In this document: piece by piece, positions 36,513-43,924 of the stretch
Position numbering within the stretch: position 1 is the stretch's first letter
Layout of the letters: every line of letters starts with the position of its first letter
Source: Bacteroidota bacterium
GTDB taxonomy: Bacteria; Bacteroidota; Bacteroidia; Bacteroidales; FEN-979
Direction of reading: 5' to 3'
Length of the DNA stretch: 64,000 nucleotides
Assembly: GCA_026391775.1 (NCBI GenBank)
Contig: JAPLDK010000011.1
Span: 77,066-141,065 of the forward strand
Translations under genes and position numbers: made by a program
Notes under the pieces: model-generated
What the model saw: the letters and a program-made list of their open reading frames with translations, nothing else
Databases searched by the model: none
Told to the model about the DNA's origin: nothing

Positions 36513-37697
36513 TCAGAAAAATTTCATCGAAACTTCTTTCATGAACTTTTCATCGAGAGTCCGGGCAATACGGTGAACAACAGTCCGGCGCAACTCAAGC
36601 TCCATGGGCAGGGTCGGATCCTGGTGGGCCACGTTAATGTTTGTACCAACAATAAAATGGATCTCATCGCTTTCAAGAATAGCCTTTACAATAAGGTCAG
36701 CCGGGCCTTTGCCAAGCTCGTAAGCTGAATTATGCTTTTTAAGCAGTTCACTTACCTTACTCAATGTAAGTATCCCTTCGGTGATCAGCTCAACCCCTTC
36801 CATATGAGACACAGGAGGTAGTTCCGGATCGCTCATCACATTCGTATCAACAATTTCTTTACCCCATTCACGGGCAATCATATCGCCGGTTGTGGCTCCC
36901 GAAATAATCTTCCTGCCTTCAAACTGCTGAAGCAGCCCTGCAAACATTTTGTCGTTGGCAGTATCCACTGGCGGACCGCTGCAGATCATCAGTTTCCTGG
37001 GTTGCCGGTAATAAATAACAGCGCAGGAAATATCATCGCGGGGATGGAAACCATCGTTCAGGTTAGCCCTGTCAATAACTTTAGAAGCAAGCCGGTCAGC
37101 CGAAATAGTGTGTTCCTCCTGGATTGCATCGTTTAACATCATTTCCAGGTTTTCCTGTCCGAAACCTAATGGGTATTTATCAGAACCCAGCCCGGATTGT
37201 ACCACCCCATCGGAACAAAAAATAATACGGTCTTCCTTTAAAGGACTGAAACTTGTAGTCAGTACCTCCTTTCCTGCATGCTTCACCCCTTCCAGAACAA
37301 CTACGTTCCATTGGGGCTCAAACAGTCTGACTCCCCTGAAAAACAAGGTCTTCGGATTCTCGTATTCCAGAACCTTCACATCCCCGTCCACATCAATATC
37401 AGCAATTGTAAAGGTTGAATAGTTCATTTCCTTAACACTGTCGACAGGCAGGGTATTCATTATTGTTGCAGCGATTGACTCCACACTCTTATGCTCCTGA
37501 GTGAGATTAAGGGCAAGTGTGGATGTGAGTGTCGCCAGAATATTAGCTTTTATGCCATGCCCCATACCATCGGAAAGTACAGCAATAATGCGGCCTTCCT
37601 CCGATATCCGTTTAGTATAAAAAACATCTCCGCAAACCCTGGCTTCGCCGTGATTCTTCTGTTTGCATACAACTTCGATATAGAATTTTTCGTCCAT
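36513..37697 (-). CDS. PP2C/SpoIIE-family protein Ser/Thr phosphatase with an uncharacterised C-terminal half
   Basis: CGDVFY ... IIAVLSDGMGHGIKANILA ... FCSDGV ... DDISCAVIYY are SpoIIE-type PP2C motifs. It starts 10 nt downstream of the HydS-like gene. Confidence 0.85.
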   Translation of the reverse strand: MDEKFYIEVVCKQKNHGEARVCGDVFYTKRISEEGRIIAVLSDGMGHGIKANILATLTSTLALNLTQEHKSVESIAATIMNTLPVDSVKEMNYSTFTIADIDVDGDVKVLEYENPKTLFFRGVRLFEPQWNVVVLEGVKHAGKEVLTTSFSPLKEDRIIFCSDGVVQSGLGSDKYPLGFGQENLEMMLNDAIQEEHTISADRLASKVIDRANLNDGFHPRDDISCAVIYYRQPRKLMICSGPPVDTANDKMFAGLLQQFEGRKIISGATTGDMIAREWGKEIVDTNVMSDPELPPVSHMEGVELITEGILTLSKVSELLKKHNSAYELGKGPADLIVKAILESDEIHFIVGTNINVAHQDPTLPMELELRRTVVHRIARTLDEKFMKEVSMKFF

Positions 37698-37706
37698 TGG
37701 CCGGAC

Positions 37707-39575
37707 TTACTTTTTATTCTGCGACTGATGGGATTCGATAATGGCATTGAGCATCTGCTCTGTTTTTGCAGCCCCTTCGCCAAGCAGGAAGGCAATCTTC
37801 TGCACCATATCAAAATTCTGGTCTATCACTTCCTTCATGCGTGTGATGATCTGCTCCTTATAGACTTCGGGCATGTACATATCACGGATGATACCCCCGA
37901 CAAACTTTTTGGAACGCAGCGGAAATACCGATACATTCAGGATGCCGCTTCCATACTGTACGTCTTTACGCTCAACACTTTCATCCGAAGAAAGCACAAA
38001 GGAAAATATCTTGTAAAAGTGAATTGGCAGTAAGGACTTAAGATCGGCACCTTCCAGGCCGGGGATTACCTCGTCGACCATAGCAGCTTCTTCTCCCAGG
38101 ATGCGGATAAAAGCTTTATTTGCATGCAGTATCCTGAGGTTTTCGTCAACAATAATAACTCCGGAAACAAGCTGCTGGAGCATGGAAGAAATAAGCCCGG
38201 ATGTTTCTTGCTGGCTTTCCTTCTCATGCTTTGCTTTTTCCTCGGAAATCCTAAGCGCTTCCTGGGTCTTTGCAAGTTTTTCGTTGGTAGTACGAAGAGT
38301 CCTTATATATTCCTGGCGGTTCCTCCCGCTGAAAATATGACACATATCAGTCGTAGCCAGGCCCTGAGCAATGGCAATGGCAAAATCACGACAGTTTGAA
38401 TAACCGCAGGATTCACAGCCAATCTCATTATTTTTCTGATCCTGGCGGTTGATCATTCTGAGTACTTCATCAATTTTTTCTTCGGAAGGCAAAGGGAGAC
38501 GCTGGTCGTCAGCCGAATAAATCCGGTTGAGGTCCAGTCCCGAAAAACCGTCAATATCCCTCTTCCAGGCATCCGGGTCAAGGGTTTTCAGACGTTTATT
38601 GGCATACTCTGTAACGAGTGTATGGCGCAGGAATTTCTCGCCTCCCTGGGAAGTACCTGGCCCCATCAAACATCCGTCATCATAAAAAATATTAAAATGT
38701 CGGCGGATGAGGTCAATGCGGGTATCAAACTCCTTTACCGCGTTCAGCATATTATTGCGGCCCTCGGTTGTGATGATGTTCCCGCTGAGCAGGTGCTCGT
38801 TGATGTCGACGGCCTGCAGGATACCATTGCTTATAGGATATAAAGAGCCCCTATTTCCAAGAGGAGCATCGAATTCAGAGAATTCAAGATGGCTCTCACG
38901 GATGTTGAATTCATTGAAAAGCTGCCTCAACTCAACAAACGTCAAAACCGAATCGATCTTGCCATCTCCCTCAAACCTTAAGGCTTCATCCTTGGCTGCA
39001 ATACAGGGACCAATTGCCACAATTTTAATATCCTGGCCATAACACTGGTGGATTACTTTGGCTGCTGCTACCATGGGTGAAACTAAGGGTGCAAGGTTAC
39101 TGATCAATTCAGGATAATATTTTTCAATAAAAAACACCACGGCCGGGCAATTGGCCATGATATGATATTTACCTTTGAAATCTTCAAGCAACTCCTTATA
39201 TCCCCTGGCGACAAGGTCAACCCCGAACGACACCTCTGTAACATAGGCAAATCCAAGATTTCGGATCATCTGGACAAATTTGCGGTAATCGGTGATGTCG
39301 TGGAATTCACCCGAGATAGCCGGATCACAGATAGCAGCCACTTTTTTCCCTGAAGCGATAAGTTCCCTGGTCTCAGAAATTGAAGACCTGTATGTTATTG
39401 CTGCAGGTGAACAGGCCATGTAACAGCTACCGCAACCAATGCAACGTTCACGTATAATTGAAGGAAATTCCGTATTCACATCAACCTTTATAGCTTTGAC
39501 AGGACATATCCTTACACAGGAGTAACATTTTATGCAGGTTTCGTGATGAATTTCGAATAATGGGGAATCCGTCAT
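37707..39575 (-). CDS. Sensory-type [FeFe] hydrogenase-like protein with C-terminal PAS domain (HydS-like)
   Basis: CIKCYSCVRICP and CIGCGSCYMACS. H-domain-like motifs are MANCPAV, IGPCIAAKDE and DDGCLMGPG. A Cys cluster CESCGYSNC...MC and a PAS-like C-terminus follow. ATG at 39575 preferred over the TTG at 39623. Confidence 0.82.
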   Translation of the reverse strand: MTDSPLFEIHHETCIKCYSCVRICPVKAIKVDVNTEFPSIIRERCIGCGSCYMACSPAAITYRSSISETRELIASGKKVAAICDPAISGEFHDITDYRKFVQMIRNLGFAYVTEVSFGVDLVARGYKELLEDFKGKYHIMANCPAVVFFIEKYYPELISNLAPLVSPMVAAAKVIHQCYGQDIKIVAIGPCIAAKDEALRFEGDGKIDSVLTFVELRQLFNEFNIRESHLEFSEFDAPLGNRGSLYPISNGILQAVDINEHLLSGNIITTEGRNNMLNAVKEFDTRIDLIRRHFNIFYDDGCLMGPGTSQGGEKFLRHTLVTEYANKRLKTLDPDAWKRDIDGFSGLDLNRIYSADDQRLPLPSEEKIDEVLRMINRQDQKNNEIGCESCGYSNCRDFAIAIAQGLATTDMCHIFSGRNRQEYIRTLRTTNEKLAKTQEALRISEEKAKHEKESQQETSGLISSMLQQLVSGVIIVDENLRILHANKAFIRILGEEAAMVDEVIPGLEGADLKSLLPIHFYKIFSFVLSSDESVERKDVQYGSGILNVSVFPLRSKKFVGGIIRDMYMPEVYKEQIITRMKEVIDQNFDMVQKIAFLLGEGAAKTEQMLNAIIESHQSQNKK

Positions 39576-39654
39576 AATGGTCAAAATTACAAATATATCA
39601 GCTCTTTCGACAAGATTCTCCAAATTTTTTCTTCCGAAATACCTAACCCTTTTA

Positions 39655-39672
39655 TTGTTTATTTATTAACAA
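39655..39672. promoter_or_regulatory. Rex operator between the HydS-like gene and hydrogenase set 3
   Basis: TTGTTTATTTATTAACAA has one mismatch to TTGTTAA-N4-TTAACAA. It lies 47 nt upstream of the -7 motif TATTTTTG (39720-39727). Confidence 0.62.
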
Positions 39673-39799
39673 TGATAATTTTTTCACAATAAATATTTTT
39701 ATAATTGAAATTATTACCTTATTTTTGTATATAATTGAAAGAAAGATTTATGGGGATGATAACCATTTAGTGAGGAATTAAAAGCAATATAAATACTGT

Positions 39800-40252
39800 A
39801 TGGATCATATTTTTGAAAAGTACGCCCTGAGGAAACCCGAGAACCTGATCCCTCTTCTCCAGGAACTTCAAAAAGAAAACGGTTATCTTACCGACGAGAT
39901 CGTTGAAAAGGTATCGCTACATTTACATATTCCTACTAATAGGATCTATGGAGTTGCCACTTTTTACGACCAGTTCCGTTTCAGGCAGAGGGGGTTGTAT
40001 CACATTCAGGTTTGCCGGGGGACTTCATGTTATCTATGCAGTTCCGAATCCTATCTGAAAGAAATTGAAAAACTTCTGAAAGTCCAGGCAGGTTCTGTGA
40101 CCAGGGATAAAAGGTTCAGCCTTGAAACAGTAAACTGTATGGGTGGCTGCAGCCAGTCACCGGTCATCAGGATCAACGATACATATTATCACCACTTGAG
40201 TGTGGCCGATCTGTCAGAGGTCCTCCGTATATTTAGAGAAAAAACCGAGTAA
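39800..40252 (+). CDS. NuoE/HydC-like [2Fe-2S] subunit (set 3)
   Basis: VCRGTSCYLCSS ... NCMGGCSQSPVIRIN. Confidence 0.88.
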   Translation: MDHIFEKYALRKPENLIPLLQELQKENGYLTDEIVEKVSLHLHIPTNRIYGVATFYDQFRFRQRGLYHIQVCRGTSCYLCSSESYLKEIEKLLKVQAGSVTRDKRFSLETVNCMGGCSQSPVIRINDTYYHHLSVADLSEVLRIFREKTE

Positions 40253-40253
40253 C

Positions 40254-42203
40254 ATGCCAGCACAAGATTTAACCGACAACAGGGTATTTCTGATCGAGAA
40301 AGTCATTAAGAATTATTCCGGAATATTCGATAAAACGACAACCGACAGGCTGGCAATGCTGAGGCGTGATAAAGTTACACGTCCGGTGATCTATATAGGG
40401 ACAGGGACCTGCGGTATCATATCGGGAGCTAAGTCCACCCTGGGAAAAGTGAGGAATTATCTCTCTGAAAATAATATCATTGCTGATATCATAGAGGTAG
40501 GGTGTAATGGCTTCTGTTCTGCCGAACCCTTGCTTGATATACAGTTGCCCGGCAAGACAAGGTTATCATTCCGGAATGTAACTTGGGACAAAGCCGAGGA
40601 CATTTTGAATTCATCGCTGAACCACACCTTGCTGCCTGATCAGGTCCTTGGGCAGTATCAACAACCAGGACTTGAAGAATGGCCGAATGTGCAATTGCTT
40701 GATCAAATCCCCTGGTTCAGTCTTCAAAGAAGGTGCATACTTAAAAACGCAGGGATTATCTGTCCGGTTTCAATAGAAGACTACATTGTCAGGGGCGGTT
40801 ATAAACCTCTTTACAAGACGGTTTTAAATTACCCGGCCGATAAAATCTGCGAGATTATTGAGCAAAGCGAGTTAAGGGGCCGTGCGGGCGGAGGATTTCC
40901 AACCGGTAAAAAATGGAAGATAGCCCTTGACACTGCAGGTGATCAGAAATATATGATTTGCAATGCAGATGAGAGTGATCCCGGGGCTTTTATGGACAGG
41001 GCAATGATCGAAAGCGACCCTCACCGGGTCCTTGAAGGCATTGCCATCGCCTCATATGCGATCGGTGCGAGCCAGGCAATCATCTATGTCAGGTCAGACT
41101 ATGAAAACTCTCTGAATATTCTTGAGATGGCTATCAGGCAGGCGAAAGACTATGGCCTGTTGGGTGAGAACATCTTTGGAAGCGGGTTTAACCTCTCGGT
41201 AAGCATACGGCAGGGAGCCGGAGCTTTTGTATGCGGTGAGGAAACAGCCTTGGTTTCGAGTCTTGAAGGTCAGAGGGGATTACCGGGATCAAAACCTCCC
41301 TACCCTGCTGAGAAAGGCCTTTGGGGTCAACCAACAGTGATCAATAATGTGGAAACCCTGGCCAATATTCCCGGAATTCTTGAAAACGGTCCGGCATGGT
41401 TCAAAACCCTGGGCACGAAGTCTTCAAAAGGCACCAAATTATTCTCGGTTGCAGGAAAATCTGTCTCGACAGGATTCATCGAAGTACCCATGGGGACAAC
41501 GTTTTCTGCAATTATCAACAATATTGCTGGAGGAGTAAAGGACGGGAAAGCCTTAAAAGCTGTTCAACTTGGTGGACCTTCCGGAGTATGCATTCCTCCG
41601 GCTGATCTTGATACGCCTATTGATTTTGAATCTCTTTCCGAGATAGGGGCTACACTGGGGTTAGGCGGCCTGATCATCCTTGACGAGAAAACATGCATGG
41701 TCAATCTTGCCAGGTATTTCATGAATTTCCTGCAAAATGAGAGTTGCGGAAAATGTATTCCATGCAGGGAAGGCACAAGAATGATGCTGGATATTCTGGA
41801 AGGCATAACAAAGAGGCCGAAGGAGGAAACCACGCATGAGACCCTGGAACGCTTCAAAGGAGTTGTTCAGCTTGAAAGCCTTGCCGAGGTCATCCGTGAC
41901 ACTTCGCTTTGCGGGCTGGGGCAAAATGCGCCTAACCCGGTCCTCAGCTCTTTGAAATGGTTCAGGGAAGAATTTGAAGAACATATTTTCGACCGCCGGT
42001 GTTCGGCAGGTGTCTGCCATGATTTGCGTACGTTTTTTATCGATGTGGAATTTTGCAACGGATGTAATATCTGTCAGAAAAAATGCCCCGAGAACGCAAT
42101 TATAGGTTCTCTTAAACAACCTCATTTCATCATTGAATCCAAGTGTACAGGTTGCGGGATTTGCTTTGATGCCTGTAAATTCAGCGCAATCTATTTTAAA
42201 TAA
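40254..42203 (+). CDS. NuoF/HydB-like subunit with fused N-terminal Trx-like [2Fe-2S] and C-terminal 2x[4Fe-4S] domains (set 3)
   Basis: GTGTCGIISGA...VGCNGFCSAEP, ELRGRAGGGFPTGKKWK, GAGAFVCGEETALVSSLEG, ESCGKCIPCR, CGLGQ, CNGCNICQKKCP, CTGCGICFDAC. The ATG at 40254 follows the upstream stop by 1 nt. Confidence 0.9.
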   Translation: MPAQDLTDNRVFLIEKVIKNYSGIFDKTTTDRLAMLRRDKVTRPVIYIGTGTCGIISGAKSTLGKVRNYLSENNIIADIIEVGCNGFCSAEPLLDIQLPGKTRLSFRNVTWDKAEDILNSSLNHTLLPDQVLGQYQQPGLEEWPNVQLLDQIPWFSLQRRCILKNAGIICPVSIEDYIVRGGYKPLYKTVLNYPADKICEIIEQSELRGRAGGGFPTGKKWKIALDTAGDQKYMICNADESDPGAFMDRAMIESDPHRVLEGIAIASYAIGASQAIIYVRSDYENSLNILEMAIRQAKDYGLLGENIFGSGFNLSVSIRQGAGAFVCGEETALVSSLEGQRGLPGSKPPYPAEKGLWGQPTVINNVETLANIPGILENGPAWFKTLGTKSSKGTKLFSVAGKSVSTGFIEVPMGTTFSAIINNIAGGVKDGKALKAVQLGGPSGVCIPPADLDTPIDFESLSEIGATLGLGGLIILDEKTCMVNLARYFMNFLQNESCGKCIPCREGTRMMLDILEGITKRPKEETTHETLERFKGVVQLESLAEVIRDTSLCGLGQNAPNPVLSSLKWFREEFEEHIFDRRCSAGVCHDLRTFFIDVEFCNGCNICQKKCPENAIIGSLKQPHFIIESKCTGCGICFDACKFSAIYFK

Positions 42204-42211
42204 GGGGAATT

Positions 42212-43924
42212 ATGCTTCTTAATATCGAAATAAACGGTCAGCAGGTCAGTGCCAAACGGGGAGAAACCATACTAACGGTATTGAACCGAATTGGTGTGAA
42301 AGTCCCTACACTCTGTTATCTGAGCAGCCTTTCACCAAGCGGAGCCTGCCGCATGTGCGTTGTTGAAGTTGAGGGCCTGTCCCATCTTGTCCCGGCCTGT
42401 TCCCACCAGGTGGAGGAATGGATGCAGATCCATACTCATTCACCCAGGGTGCTCAAAGCCAGGAAAACCCTTGTTGAACTTCTGCTTGCCAATCATCCTG
42501 ATGACTGCCTTTACTGTGACCGTAACGGTACCTGCGAACTTCAGGGTTTATCGGAGGAACTTCAGGTAAGGGATCGTAAATATATCAGCAGGCATAAACC
42601 GGTCCAGATCGACAAAGCCTGCCCTTCAATCCAGAGGGATCCTGCAAAATGTGTTCTTTGCGGTCGTTGCAGCAGAGTTTGCCGGGAGATCATCGGAGTT
42701 GCTGCCATCGACGCCGTTGGTAGAGGATCGCATACAAGAATCGGGACTTCTTACAACCGGGGTCTTAATTTCAATGCCTGTGTCAAATGCGGGCAATGTA
42801 TCATAGCCTGCCCCACCGGTGCCCTTACTGAAAGAAAGGCACTTCCCATGGTTATAGAAGCCCTGGGGAATCCGGAGCTTTACCCAGTTGTACAGTTTTC
42901 CCCGACTGTTCCTGCCGCCATTGCCGAAGAATTCAGTTTGAAATCCAATAAGGATATCCTCAATCTTCTGCGTTCTGCCCTCAAGAAAATGGGGTTCCGG
43001 CAGAGTTTTGACGTTTCCCTGGCCGCCGACATTAACATTATGGAAGAAGCAGCGATTTTCCTTGAACGCTGGCCCAGGAATAAAATGCTTCCCTTGTTTA
43101 CCAGCTGCTGTCCGGCCTGGGTCAGGTACCTGGAAGTTTTCAGACCTGAATTCCGAGATCATTTATCTCCTGTTAAATCCCCGCAGCAGATCATGGGAAC
43201 GGTAATCAAACAATATATTACAAGCAGTGCCGGCATCAAATCCGATAAAGTATTTGTTGTGTCAGTCATGCCATGTACTGCGAAAAAGGCTGAAGCCGAA
43301 TTCGACAATAACGGGAACAAACCCGTAGATGCGGTCATCACGATCAGGGAGCTGGTGAGGATGATCAGGCTTTTGGGGATCGATTTCAGCAGTTTAGAAC
43401 CCGAGCCTACCGACACAGCTTTCAGCCTGAGCAGTTCAGCAGGAAGATTGTTTGGAATTTCGGGCGGTCATCTTGAAGGGTTGATACGGAGCATTTATTT
43501 CATGAGTACCGGGCAGGATATGAACCCTGCTAAAATTAATGACCTGAGAGGCTTAAAACCCAGGAAAGAAGCCAGGATAAAAATAAACAAACAACCCATA
43601 AATGTTGTTGCTGTGAGCGGTCTGGCAAATGCCATTGCACTTTTAGACGAGATTGAAAACGGCCGCGATGACATTCAGATCGTCGAAGTTATGGCCTGTC
43701 CGAATGGCTGTATCAACGGCGGAGGCCAGAAAATCGGATCTGATGAGAAAAGTCTCAAAGGTAGGATGAAGGCTCTTTACGATGTAGATGAAGAAGAAAT
43801 GGTTAAAATGGCACATAAAAATCCAACCATCACCGACCTTTTCGATAAATTTCTTTCCAAACCAAACAGTACAAGGAACCAGGAGATTTTGCACAAAGAC
43901 CACTCCAAATCATCAGAGGTATGA
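42212..43924 (+). CDS. [FeFe] hydrogenase-type subunit (set 3), divergent second-sphere residues
   Basis: M3 FeS domains (NHPDDCLYCDRNGTCELQ, CVLCGRCSRVC, CVKCGQCIIACP). Motifs are TSCCPAW, MPCTAKKAE and EVMACPNGCINGGGQK. Confidence 0.85.
   Translation: MLLNIEINGQQVSAKRGETILTVLNRIGVKVPTLCYLSSLSPSGACRMCVVEVEGLSHLVPACSHQVEEWMQIHTHSPRVLKARKTLVELLLANHPDDCLYCDRNGTCELQGLSEELQVRDRKYISRHKPVQIDKACPSIQRDPAKCVLCGRCSRVCREIIGVAAIDAVGRGSHTRIGTSYNRGLNFNACVKCGQCIIACPTGALTERKALPMVIEALGNPELYPVVQFSPTVPAAIAEEFSLKSNKDILNLLRSALKKMGFRQSFDVSLAADINIMEEAAIFLERWPRNKMLPLFTSCCPAWVRYLEVFRPEFRDHLSPVKSPQQIMGTVIKQYITSSAGIKSDKVFVVSVMPCTAKKAEAEFDNNGNKPVDAVITIRELVRMIRLLGIDFSSLEPEPTDTAFSLSSSAGRLFGISGGHLEGLIRSIYFMSTGQDMNPAKINDLRGLKPRKEARIKINKQPINVVAVSGLANAIALLDEIENGRDDIQIVEVMACPNGCINGGGQKIGSDEKSLKGRMKALYDVDEEEMVKMAHKNPTITDLFDKFLSKPNSTRNQEILHKDHSKSSEV

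Noticed and set aside
39672-39689. Possible second Rex site ATGATAATTTTTTCACAA abutting the set-3 box (right half is a perfect TTCACAA)
   Set aside because: The left half has three mismatches to TTGTGAA. It is probably just AT-rich sequence, although cooperative binding cannot be excluded.
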